From Felis catus (taxonomy: Eukaryota), in the NCBI RefSeq assembly GCF_018350175.1, contig NC_058368.1, forward strand, positions 125,242,001-125,306,000: DNA of 64,000 nucleotides. Reading direction: 5' to 3'. Shown here in pieces: positions 24,901 to 36,837 of the stretch. A program made the translations under genes and the position numbers. The stretch's first letter is position 1, and each line of letters starts with the position of its first letter. The notes under the pieces were generated by a model that saw only the letters and a program-made list of their open reading frames with translations, was not told where the DNA came from and ran no database searches.

Positions 24901-27190
24901 TGTGGTGGATCTAGGTAGCATGCTACAGACTTCAGCAGTATTCTGATTTTAGTTCTTTATGCTAGCGCATCTTACTGTGAGCATCTGAGTGACTCAGATT
25001 GTCTCATCAGCTATAGTTTCAGTTTGTGACTCCAAAGAATTACCTTTAATCTGCCAGTCTCTAGTTTCTCAGGTGACTGGCCAGATGACTGGACGTTGGC
25101 AACAGTCGAAGAGGCAGAAAAATAATAGAAAATGTCTAGTCCTTAAAGCTTATCTAAGGCCAGGATCCTGCTTTTCATTTTAGCCGTTTGTGCTGACTGA
25201 CAATCCATTTGGTCTTCCAGAGTTGTTGAGGCTGGATGGCTGCTGCCACCCAGTGGACACTGTCCTCTCTTAACCTAGTTGAACCAGACCCCGGGGAATT
25301 AAGGGAACTATATGAGAGCCTTATTGAACCAGGAGCTTGTTAAGGTGGCAGGCAGAGGAATAAGGTTTACTGTAAAGGGTAGTTGCCACTTCTTTGTGCA
25401 AAACAAATGTCCCAGTAGTCAGGTCAGCTGCATGCTCAAATACTTTTCATTAGGTTGAGAGCCCTAATGGGCCCCTTTTTTTGTTCTTAGTTTAAGTTCA
25501 CTTTAAGAGCTCAGCAGTAGGGCAAGAGCCATATTCCCTTTAGAAAGGGGATGTATGTGTCAGGCACATGGCACTTCTGTACTGGGAAGTAGCCTCTCTG
25601 AATATCCCATTACCCATCAAATCTTCAATTCTGTCTCTGATATTTTTTCTTTCTTTTGAGAGGCTTTGGTGTTTCTGCTAGACGACCTGGAAGGGGGACA
25701 GAAATCACCTGTCATCCTGTCATATCCCTGAATGGAAGAATCTTGAGCATTTTCATTACAAGCATGTAACATTAGTACCAAGTTAAAACACAACAAACAA
25801 TGGTAAATTGAATTGGCCTAAAGGCCCCACCTGCAAGATCACTTTAATTTCCCTTTCCTACTGCTGAATTTTCTCCAAACTCCAAAATCAGTCAAATTGG
25901 GTTTTAGTGGCATCTTTTCTCACTATAGTGACACTGACGGAGAAGTTTCGTCCATGCGCTTTAAGGTTACACTCTAAGCTTTCAGGAAATGATTTCTTCA
26001 TTTGTGAATGAGGGAAAGTACAGGGTGGAGGAGAAAACCACTCCTTTGGGCATTGCATGGGTGGCTTGTAGGCTTTTTGTTTTCTGATTCCTCAACTCAG
26101 AGTTGATGTTGCCTCTTCTCTTGTGTACCTTTTGGCTTCATCAAACACCCAGGATGGGGCCTTTCCTCCCCCCATACACCACATTGACTTGGCTTTGCCC
26201 CACATTCCTCAGTATTTTCAGCCACCCTTCGCTTAGTACTGTGTTGCTCCTCATGGGAGTGAGATGGTGACTTGAGCATGTATGTCTAGCAGAGCTATAG
26301 AAGTTTGTCAGTTTCTTTAAATATCAGTGTACTTGACATTCTCATTAAAGTTGCTAAGGTTGATGTAGTGGGAAGTGGGGGGGGGGGGATCAGGGAGTAC
26401 AGAAGGCACAGAACACTTCCACTCCAGCATGCTAGGCTCTGCATTTACTTTGTTTCCAAGAAGTCAGTAGTGTTAACATAATTCCTTCTCATGAGTTTTT
26501 AATCTTCCTAAAACTCCATTTATCCTCATTGCTGACACCATTTATTTCAGTGTGGAGTTGCTTTGGCTCAGCAGCCACAGCAGTATTGCCTTTCACTTGG
26601 GGCCCCAGTCATAATAAAAAATCCCTTTGTTCTACCATTCATGGGAGAATTAGAACAACTAAGGAAGGCACTGTTTGGGTGCCTTGTTTCAATTCTACTC
26701 CTTGCCACTTGGCTGTTAAACATTGAGGGATGCTTACTTCCACCTATCACTTGGATGATAGCAGTTGCTGCCAGGATCATGAGAGTCTTCTCTTACCCTA
26801 ATCTGGCCTGCAGACCCTTGTTTTAATTTTTTTCTAGAGAATTTTAATTTTGTTAGTGTTGCATCCTCATCACCAAAACTGTTAGGGTCTGTGAAGGGTT
26901 TGTGTTTTTATCATACTTGCAGGCCTAGCATGGTAGCCTGTTGTTGTTTCATGGATGCTGGTGAAGACCTGAGATGGTCAAGGACTATCTTTCATGGCAC
27001 AATAAACAGCATCAAGATAAGGCTAGGGCAATAGGGGAATGATACCATAAGGTCCCACAGTGGCAATGTGGAAAGGCCCAGGGGATGACCCAGTATGTGC
27101 AGTGGTTTACATTTCAACTGATGTACTCTGCTCATTGTCCTGGAGATGGTTGTAACATAAGTCCAACCCAGAGAAATGGTCAGGACATTT
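21969..27190 (-). mobile_element. Decayed class III (ERVL, LTR40-like) provirus: 3' LTR 21969-22351, internal region 22352-26879, truncated 5' LTR from 26880 to about 27190; three later SINEs inside (23212-23427, 23470-23695, 24080-24248)
   Basis: Two related direct repeats begin tgtcaatctgtgaaggatctgggttttatcctacttgcaag and tgttagggtctgtgaagggtttgtgtttttatcatacttgcagg; the first ends ...tcccaaca; PBS-like catcctcatcacca at 26862-26875 abuts the second. Confidence 0.75.
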
Positions 27191-27937
27191 AAAAAGTTGG
27201 AAGTTTTGATTGTGATTTTATCAGATTCATGGGTTAATACTGGGGAAGAAGAGCAACCTTTAAAAACAGTTGTGGCTTTTTATGTTCTTTGTAAATCCCT
27301 AATTTTTAAAAATAGTTTTTATAAATAATTATTATTTTTTTAGATTTTAGTTATAAGTAATCTTTACACCCAATGTGGGGCTTGAACTCACAACCCCGAG
27401 GTCCATAGTCACATGATCCATTGACTGAGCCAGCCAGGTGCCTCTATACGTTCTTTAGATAATTTTCACAAAACACTTGTTGTGGGGAAGAGGAGTTTGG
27501 AAATCAATCTGGAGAACTTAAAATAGAACTTAAGCTTCATTTGCCATAACTTTCTGTTGTTCAAGAAAATCTTGAGCCATTTATATTTAAATTAAGTAAT
27601 GTATGATACAGAATGTCAAATTCTGTTACTTAAGAGAAGTGTACTGTGTTTTGCCTTGTTTCCCTTACAGTGGTATTTTACTTTTAAAGTTTTTGGGTAA
27701 GTAGATGTGGTTGTTAAGCTCTTTCAAAATAGCTTCCATTAGACAAGGAAAATAGACCAGCAGTGGAATCCATCTTTTAATAAGTTACCAGTTAACCAAA
27801 TACATGGACAGTAAATACAGAATGTTCTTAACCATTTAGAATTCTTGGAAATAATGTAGGCCGGATTATTACTAGTTTTTAAAGTTATATTTAGGTTTTA
27901 TGTGTATGTTCATGTATGTGTTTATGATTTGTTTCAG

Positions 27938-28061
27938 TCGTCACTGAATTTTGAGAAGCATTCTGAAAATTTTTCATGGACAGAAAATCGTTACGATGTG
28001 AATCGTCGACGACACAACTCTTCAGATGGCTTTGATTCTGGTATTGGACGTCCTAATGGAG
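27938..28061 (+). CDS. GPBP1: GPBP1 exon 4 (SSLNFEKHSENFSWTENRYDVNRRRHNSSDGFDSGIGRPNG-G)
   Basis: gtttcag|TCG ... GGAG|gtaaaa; 124 nt; phase 0 to 1. Confidence 0.96.
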
Positions 28062-28186
28062 GTAAAATTTGCTAAGAAGTGAGAGTGTAGGATGATTTTC
28101 TTCATGTTGTTTTAAGAATGTTTTGTGATTCAGTAGTTAACCAGAGCCATCTTTGAATTTATGTTACTTTACCATTCTTAAATAAG

Positions 28187-28410
28187 GTAACTTTGGAAGG
28201 AAAGAAAAAAATGGATGGCGGATGCATGGAAGAAATGGTACTGAAAACGTAAATCATCGAGGGGGATACCATGGTGGAAGTTCTCGTTCTCGTAGCAGTA
28301 TTTTCCATTCTGGGAAAAGCCAAGGACTACATGAAAACAGCATACCTGACAATGAAGCAGGGAGGAAAGAAGACAAGAGAGAACGCAAACAGTTTGAGGC
28401 TGAGGATTTT
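28187..28410 (+). CDS. GPBP1: GPBP1 exon 5 (NFGRKEKNGWRMHGRNG...KQFEAEDF)
   Basis: aataag|GTAAC ... GATTTT|gtaagt; 224 nt; overlaps supplied ORF 28222..28425. Confidence 0.96.
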
Positions 28411-29115
28411 GTAAGTTTCTTGTAACTTTAATACAAATGAGGTTTCTGCAAGCGCCATTTTAACATCAAGGCTTTCTTACGAGATTTTATCACTATGGTT
28501 CATATCTATAGAAATCACAGTTGGTAGGTTCAGTTATGTTTAATCTTCAACATTTTGGGAGGCTCTTTGTTTATATAATTCTCTTTCCTCAATTCCTCTC
28601 CCTCCTCCTACTTACTCCTGTGTCTTAACCATATAATCATTTAAAAACTTTCGATAAATCTGTGTTATTTTATTCCTTAAATTTGAACAGTTTCCCTTAG
28701 AAACAATGGCTGAGCTTGCTAGCTTTTTTGCAAGTGCATCATAACATCTCTGAAAAGCTTTTAAGCTTTTGGAAAGAATATTTTACTAGTACATTTTATT
28801 TAGACTGTCTCTTTTAAGTAATGTTTTATTCATTTATTACCTTTTTTTTTATAAAATTATTTTTTTTTTAATTTTTTTTTAACGTTTATTTATTTTTGAG
28901 ACAGAGAGAGAGAGACAGAGCATGAACAGGGGAGGGGCAGAGAGAGAGGGAGACACAGAATCAGAAGCAGGCTCCAGGCTCTGAGCCATCAGCCCAGAGC
29001 CCGACGCGGGGCTCGAACTCACGCACCGTGAGATCGTGACCTGGCTGAAGTCGGACGCTTAACCGACTGAGCCACCCAGGCGCCCCTTTATAAAATTATT
29101 TTAATGTTTATTTTT

Positions 29116-29160
<45 letters not shown>

Positions 29161-29944
29161 ACGCACGCACACAGAATGTGAGTGGGAGGTGGTGCAGAGA
29201 GAGAGGGAGACACAGAAGCTGAAGTGGGCTCCAGGCTCTGAGCTGTCATCACACAGCCTGATGCAGGGCTTGAACTCAACTAATGGTGAGATCAGACCCA
29301 AGGTGAAGTCAGACGCTTAACTGACTGAGCCACCCAGGTGCCCCCATTCGTATATTACTCTTAAGTTACTTCCAGGATAGTTCTCCTTGTCTTTCAGCTA
29401 CTTTATTCAAAAGTTTCTCAGTGGTTAGGGAAGGTAAACCACTTGTTGGCTTAGGTCAGATACAATTAGAAGAGTTAACTCCACTCTTAAAAACAAATTA
29501 TGAACTAGTTACAAACAGAATTTTTTCTTTCTTTCTGTATGTCTGTCTCCCTTTCCTCCCCTCCCTTCCCCTCCTTTTTTTGAGAGAACACGTGCAAGTG
29601 AATGATGCGGGGCAGGGGGGAGATAGAGAATCCCACAAGGGGCAGAGGGAGAGAGAAGTGGGGCTCATCTGAATTGGGGCTCGTGCTCACCTGCTGCAGG
29701 ACTCGAGTTCACTAACTGTGAGGTCATGACCTGAGTTGAAGTCAGATGCTTAACCGGCTGAGCCACTCAGGTGCCCTACAAAAATTCAGAATTTTCTTAA
29801 TTCTTCTTTATTTTTAAATCTCACTATGTGACTGTCTAAACACACTGCTTCTCTAGTTGCATGAAAAATTGGTCTCGTGTAAAATCTTACTGATCTTGGC
29901 ATTTTTTCTTGTGGTTCATCTCTGGTAATTTATTATTTGTATAT

Positions 29945-30560
29945 GTTCGTTCTTCATTCAGTATATATTTGACTGGCTCTGAGTCTAGCTGTTTTGAAAG
30001 GTGAAACAAGATAGCAAGGTCCTACTCTCACTGAGTTTCTGTTCTATTAGATGTATTCACAACGTAAAAAGAAAGTAATTAGTATTTTGTAGAAAATTTA
30101 GGTAAAAAGTGACAGGACGGCTACTTTTGGAGATCAGGAGACGTTTCTCTAGGGAAGTGACATTTAATCTAGGGCCTGGTTGGTAAGGAGTCAGCTTTAT
30201 TAATCCTGGGAAGAGGGCCTAAGGTGGGGAGCAAGCTTGTAATGTTTGAAGGGGAAAAGGTCAGTATGGGTAAAGTGACTATTCAACCAGATTAGAGAGG
30301 TAGCAGAAGGTTTTGATTGAGTAGGACCTGGGCAGGTAAAGGGAAAGACTTTCAGTTTAATTATAGGTGCAGTAGGACGAAGCTCCTTTGGATCAAAGGA
30401 AAACTTTGGATCATTTGATCTGATTTTAATTTTTTAGAAGAGTATTTTAGTTGTTCAATCTTGAATGAATAACAGTGAGTGAGAGCAGGGAGACTAGTTA
30501 GGAAATGTGGTATTAGTTCAGAAGAAAATGATGGCTTGGCTTGAACTGTGTAGCTGTGAC
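29945..30560 (-). mobile_element. Ancient L2 fragment
   Basis: ttcgttcttcattcagtatatatttgactg start; ggaagtgacatttaatctagggcc and gcagggagactagttagga are L2-like. Confidence 0.6.
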
Positions 30561-31466
30561 TAGCAAAGATAGTGTTTTTGTTACTTTGTTAAAACAGCCT
30601 TGTCGCTGTTGCTGATCGCTTCCGAGGTCATGATCCTAGCCCTGAAGATAGATAGACCTATAGTGTAATTTCTAATACTGTATTTTTTAGAAAGCACCTA
30701 TTGCTTCCACGAAAGTCTTCTCAGTCCTGTTACAAGTTTGTATCAAGGAATCATACTGGTATGCATGTATAGTCTTTTGGGACTTTATTTACAGTAATGT
30801 CATTAGAGTGTACATAGTTTACTTTTGTTGGTAAGTAAAATATATCAAGATTCATTTTATTCAACATGTGTTAAATACCTTCTTTAAGGCAGGCATTGTT
30901 GCTAGGTAACACAGAAAATACCTGGAAATTTAGGTTCTAAAATTGGTTTTGAGTACACATTCAATGCTGAAATCACTTTTCTTTTTAATATCCTGTGAAT
31001 CACTTGTTGAAATAAAAATTTGTACTTTGTTTTGAGAATGAGTGTGTTACAACGAATGCATCCAGCAAAGAAAACCTAACACCTGTTGGGAGTAGTCTGA
31101 TTTTTCTCTTCCTTGCTTTTGACCTTAGGCTAAGAAAGGGTGATTTCTTCCAGTTGATGAAAAAAACACATTGTCTTGTGTGCTCTTTTTTTTTTTTTTT
31201 AAATCCACGCATTCTCAAGTAGTTGGGGATAAGAATATTTAAAGACCATTTCCTTGTTTTCTCTTTAGTAGAAGTGAGTATAGATAGTAACCATTTTGCT
31301 GGTTAGCAGAATAAGTTAGTGAGGTTCCTGAATGGTCTTTAATAGTTAAGAGTTCATCGTATCATATCAGGGTTTTTATCAATATGGTTTTGAGATTACT
31401 TTTAAAAGGTTTATTTTTTAAAAATGTGAGCAGTGTGAACATTTATTTTCATTCCAATTTTTTCAG

Positions 31467-31533
31467 CCATCTTTAAATCCTGAATATGAAAGAGAACCAA
31501 ATCAGAATAAATCATTAGCTGCAGGTGTATGGG
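31467..31533 (+). CDS. GPBP1: GPBP1 exon 6 (PSLNPEYEREPNQNKSLAAGVW)
   Basis: tttttcag|CCA ... TGGG|gtaagt; 67 nt; phase 0 to 1. Confidence 0.96.
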
Positions 31534-32595
31534 GTAAGTAATTTTTAATTTAACTTTGAGGGGTATAAAATGTTATTTGTATGTTTCACTTTTTTGTGTT
31601 TTTAAAAATAAAGAGTAGTCTAGAATTAAACTTACTCTTATAAATATGTTTTTGAGTGCTCAGCTACACAAAACGGTAGCACTTACCTTTTAAAAAGATA
31701 CTGGGGATAGAAGGAGTTTGATTTGAAATACTTGACTTGCACAGATTAGTACCATTAAGTATACTCACGAGTTTTTTTAATGGTTGTAAGTTAATGTAAT
31801 GAATCAGTGTTGTTTCAAACGCAGCCTGATAATCTTAAGGAAACAAAAAACTTAGTTTAAATTAATTTTTAGTTTTTCACAGTTGAAAACTTAAACTGAA
31901 AAGATAAGTACTTCTAATCATAGTGTGACATAAAATTAATCTTTTTATTTATGAAAATGGTTATACATAGAGAGTATTAAATACTTGTATAAATTTGCCT
32001 ATGGAACTAATCTGTTTGGAATTATTTGTCTTTTTGATTGTCAGAGCTTAATGACTTTTTTTTTTTTGGTAATAACCCCTTTTCTTTAAAACTGCTGAGT
32101 TTAATTTGATAGCATCTTACAGAAGATTAAAGCGCACTCATATAGTACAAATCAGACAGCTTTTTAAAGATTCAAGTGAAGTTTAAAATAATGGAAAAAA
32201 ATTTAAATATGAAGATTTGATATCTGAAAAATAAATTTAATTATTTGATGCCAAATTCAAAGGCGACGAATCCACTTTGGAACTTATACACATGTTCATT
32301 TGTATTTTCCTATTGAAAATTATCAGCTTACCAAAATAAAAGGATTGTGGCTTGTGACAGCATACTAGTGCTAATGATAAAGGCATTATTTTAAACTTTG
32401 CCACTTCCTATGCTGTTCTTTAATGTATTTATGGGTGATAACTCTGGGGCATTACTTTGTTTTCTTTTGATCTCCCGATTTATTTAAGGGCTTTTTGAGG
32501 GTGGGGGTGGGGGTGGTCAGACACTTTTGTTAGAACCATGTGAATGGCATTGTTTTTTCTGTATTGCAAATTAGTATTTCTACCACTCTCCCCAG

Positions 32596-32655
32596 GCCTA
32601 CACGCCCAGACACACACATACCCAACCAAAAAAATCTCCCAAGCTCCTCTCTTAG
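32596..32655 (+). CDS. GPBP1: GPBP1 alternative in-frame cassette exon (G-LHAQTHTYPTKKISQAPLL), giving a 493-aa isoform
   Basis: ctctccccag|GC ... TTAG|gtatgt; 60 nt; symmetric phase 1-1 with no stop. I recall a 20-aa-longer vasculin isoform with this peptide. Confidence 0.85.
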   Translation, partial: AYTPRHTHTQPKKSPKLLS

Positions 32656-35600
32656 GTATGTTTCCTTATTATTCAGTTTTTCTGGGAACAACTGATTGCA
32701 TAAGAATATAGAACCACCTGGAAGGTGTTAAATAGAGTCTCTTAAGAAATTAGGAATAATTTGGATTTGATTAGAATGAAAGTAAATAAAAAATTAATGT
32801 CAGTGAGCTTTTGTCATATAAAACTACCTATAGATACTATTGGTACTGATCCTTGGTTAATTTAATAATTTTAGAAATGATTTAAAGGCAAGTACATCTT
32901 TGAAAATATTGAGAATAAAATGTATTAATATAAAGATTTTGGTTCTACTGTTTCAGGGTTGGTCTAAGGATTTTGAGCACTAGTTGAAAAGATGTTTAAA
33001 AGGAAGATGTTCTGTGCCTTAGGTAAACTAAGAAGTGTGTTTGCATTAGAAAAAAGAAAATGGTTAATTGTGGCTTGATTAACTGTTAAATTCCCAGTAC
33101 TTCCCATAGGAATACAATGAAGTTTTCATTGTATTACACTTCACTATTCCTTTCTCACTTTCCCCCCTGGGTTCCCAAATATCGTTTTCCCCATTGCAAC
33201 ATTTAAAATAGCAATGTTCCTGAGGAAGACATGAGAGAATTTTAGGAAAGACTTCAATAGAACTTTTCTAGTGCTACTTCCTTCCAGGTAAGTAAAAATT
33301 TAATAACCGAAATGTAATATGTATTAAACAAACGAGTTTGTCCCTGAAACTGTCCTTTTGTAGATCAGAAATTGCAAGAATCTAAACAAAATATCCCAGT
33401 TAAAAAAAAATACCTTGAGGGAAAGTAACTAAACTGTTTAAAATATAATTACATAAGTGTAATTCTACCTAGAACTTATTTAGCTTTTTAAAAAACACCT
33501 TCCTGCAGCTTATATCTGTGACTTTTTTTATTGTTTTGATCTTAATCAGGAGCACTGTTGTTGGGTGTCCAAGATTAATGCTTACTAAATTAATCTATAT
33601 CTTTAATACTTGAAAACTAAAAGGTACTTGAGTGTGCCTGTGACCATTTTAAAATACTCAGTTGTGTGACTGATATATTTGGGAGGTGAGAAAGAGAAAA
33701 AATGATGTGTATATGTTTGTATACAATTTGATACATAATTAGTAATTGTTGATTTGTGTGTTTTCAGAAGTACTACTGGCTATTTTTGTGTTGATGAATT
33801 ATGTCAACAATATATTATTGGCAGAGTCTGACATTTAGTTCTAAAGATAGTAAATAATGAAGAATTTCACTCATAGTAATTAATTTAAGCATAATGTTGT
33901 TTAAACTTAGCATTTATTTTTGTGTCTATTCCTTGATAACTTGATGAGCTTTCCTGTTTTTTGCTTATATTTGATATACTACTTAAGAGCATCAATATTC
34001 ATTTTTAAGAATTTTATTTGTTTGGCTTTCTAAAAGCAAATTGGTGACTATTTCTTAAAGATGGGTTATTTTCTAGAGAATTCCAATTATAGTAGCCGAA
34101 AGCATACACATTGAGTGACATGCATGTTTGCATTAAGTGAATTCGATTATGATGAAAGCCAGTGAATTTTGTTTTTTAAAGGAACTCTGTAAGTAGAATT
34201 AGGAGAAAGGAATAATCCTTACCGAGTTTCTTTGTAAAAGTATCTGTTGGTAGTTTATATGTGGAAATGACTCCACTTTCCTTGAATGTCTTACGAAAAT
34301 AGTTTTTAAACTTAGAACAAGAAGAAAAAGGTAATGCAACATACGTTAAAGGTTAATAAGGGAAAATTAATAGAGTTTGATTAGACAACTTGACAGAAGT
34401 CAATTTTACTTGGTCAGAGTTAGAAGTATTATTTGTTCATCGTGTAAGTTCTTTTAGAAGTATGAGTGATGTAGAGGGCCTTATTAAAGAAAAAACACCA
34501 TACCCCTATTGTTGGCTTACATTATAAGTTAATGAAACTCATTTGTTTCAAACTTCTATTGTGAAACAAAACAGATTTGTACATTAAAAAATTGAAAACC
34601 AAAAAGATTCAAACCACGTCAGTTTCTTTAAATCAGAAACATTTAAATGCAGAAACAGTTTTCTGCATTAAAATTAGTGTTCACGATAGGAATTTGTTTT
34701 TATTGCTGAGGTTTGGGTTTGATATTTGTGTATTACTGTATTTTATGTGACTAAGTTTCTTCTTCAAATTAGTGTGAAAACTTAATTCACATGTGATTCA
34801 CCCTTCATTTGGCCATATGCTTTTGTTCACCCATTAAAGTTAACTGTTTTGTCAAGATCATGAAACCAAGTCAGTAACTTGGCATCAGAAAAGGGTGGAC
34901 TTTGATCTCACTTGATAGTACGCAGACTTTTTTTCTGACCATTTAGTTACAGGCCTAGTATGCTTATTTTTAGTTGGGGATGGTAACAATTTGAAGTATT
35001 TGGCATAGCAGTAAATACTTGAATTCCCATTTTCCCCACTAGTATATAATATAGTAGTTAAGGACATTTGTTATGGAATGAGATAGATCAGGGCCCCTAA
35101 CATTAGGTGTTTTACCTGATGGTTAGACTTTTGGGTAGATTACTTAATCTGAGTGAATTTTCACATCTCAGAGATGAGGGTGATCACAATTTTAATGAGA
35201 AAAGCAGTATAAATATTAAATTGCATAAAATATTAAAATTATTGTGTAAATCAATCTGTGTAAAACACTTGATCATGTTAGAGTTGTTTAATGAACCTGA
35301 ACGTTAGCTAAGTTATGTTCAAATCTAGTTAAGTGATGGATATTCTTGTAGATTCATTAAAAGGCAAAAAAAGAGGAATTTTTAGGGTAGAGATCAAAGA
35401 ATAAAGTAATAAGTGATTGAATCAGAAAATGTATAGAAGACACTTGGAGGGAATGTAGTGAAAGACAAGAGGATGAAGAATTGAAATGTTTGCTCTTAAC
35501 TACACGTTGCCAAATTAGTTTGTATTATAGGTGGCAGTATTTTAATTGTTTTTTTCTAGAAAGAATTGAGCCAGTCCTCCTCCCACCATTGACTTTGTAT

Positions 35601-36032
35601 TTAAGAAAAAAAAAATCTCTTGTATCCATAGATATTGGGAGAGTATAAATAACAAGGAAATAAAGGGATATTTAAAGTCAGTTATTGTCAGATAATAGTT
35701 TGTGAGGGTAGCAGAAAACAGGTATATGAAAATCTAAAACTCCTTTGCCTTCAGGTGTTTTTAACTTAAATTTCAATGACAATGCCTGCTTATCTGAGTT
35801 GGAAATAATATGGACGTGTAATTTACAGAGGGAAGTCACTGAGATCACTTACTTTCTAGTTTTTTTTTTTTTTAATACAAGTGTTTGCATATTGTTAACC
35901 AGTTGACAAAGTAAGTGGAGAAAGAATAGAAGGAGACATTGGATACTGTTTGAATCTAACTGCTTCAGCACTCGAAAGATTAATGTCAGAATTTGTAGGG
36001 AGAATCTGAACAGATGAACATGTTTATAAGTA

Positions 36033-36364
36033 CATTTGACTCTTGAACAGTGCAGGAGTTGGGGGCCTTAATGCCTCTTACCCCACCCCTTTGGTCGAAA
36101 ATCCCTGTATAACTTTTGATCCCCCTGCACCCCAGACTTAAGTATTACTGATAATGTACTGTTGATTGAAAGCCTTACCGATAACATAATTGATTAAAAC
36201 ATATATTGTGTATTACATGTATATTTTGACAGAGTAAGCTATGAGAAGAAAACCTTATTAAGAAAATCATAAGAAAAATATAATACTTTTATGTATTTAT
36301 TGGAAAAGTGCTTGCATGTAAGTGGACTGGTGCATTTCAGACCTTGTTATTCAAGGGTCAACTG
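36033..36364 (-). mobile_element. Tigger2a-like non-autonomous DNA transposon
   Basis: TIRs catttgactcttgaaca ... tattcaagggtcaactg, with TA target duplication on both sides. Confidence 0.85.
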
Positions 36365-36837
36365 TAATATAAATGACTCAAAGTTTGGACAATTAGTGCT
36401 ACCATCATCCTTTCCATTACTTTTATTGTAATGGTTGCTATTAAGAGCTCTTGTTATTAAATGGGCAGGTTTATGTAGTATATTCAGCATAGTTACATAG
36501 GATATAGGTTAGTCTGTGTTTATTTGTTAGAATTTTTCTCATCTTCTGTAATTTTGTAAATCAACTTAAAGTTTAATACAATATTGAAATATAATTGGAA
36601 GCATACTATAATGGAGATAGTCTGACTTTTCTAGATTTTTTTCCTAGTATTTTAAAATATTTTACAGTAATTCTCTGACAGGAGCTATTTTTCATTTTAT
36701 AGATGAGAGAATTAATAGAGTTGGAGCAAGATTCTGTAAATCTGGTATAAATGTCCATGTTCTTAACCTCTGTACTGTACTTACTTTGCTACTTAGTCTT
36801 CTATGATTTATTTGTTAGGCTTCACATTTCTTCTTCT

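Larger units (their letters stand above)
27335..29776 (-). mobile_element. Antisense SINEs flanking exons 4-5: 27335-27443, young 28858-29086, 29100-29345 with (CA)n, 29575-29776
   Basis: SINE cores; TSD ttataaaattatttt around the young copy. Confidence 0.9.

Noticed and set aside
25315..25345. Plus-strand ALIEPGAC resembling a retroviral protease active-site motif
   Set aside because: Wrong strand for the provirus and lacks the catalytic D-T/S-G; probably chance.
26529..26826. Three overlapping ORFs
   Set aside because: Within the decayed ERV interior just downstream of the PBS; short, with no intact gag frame.
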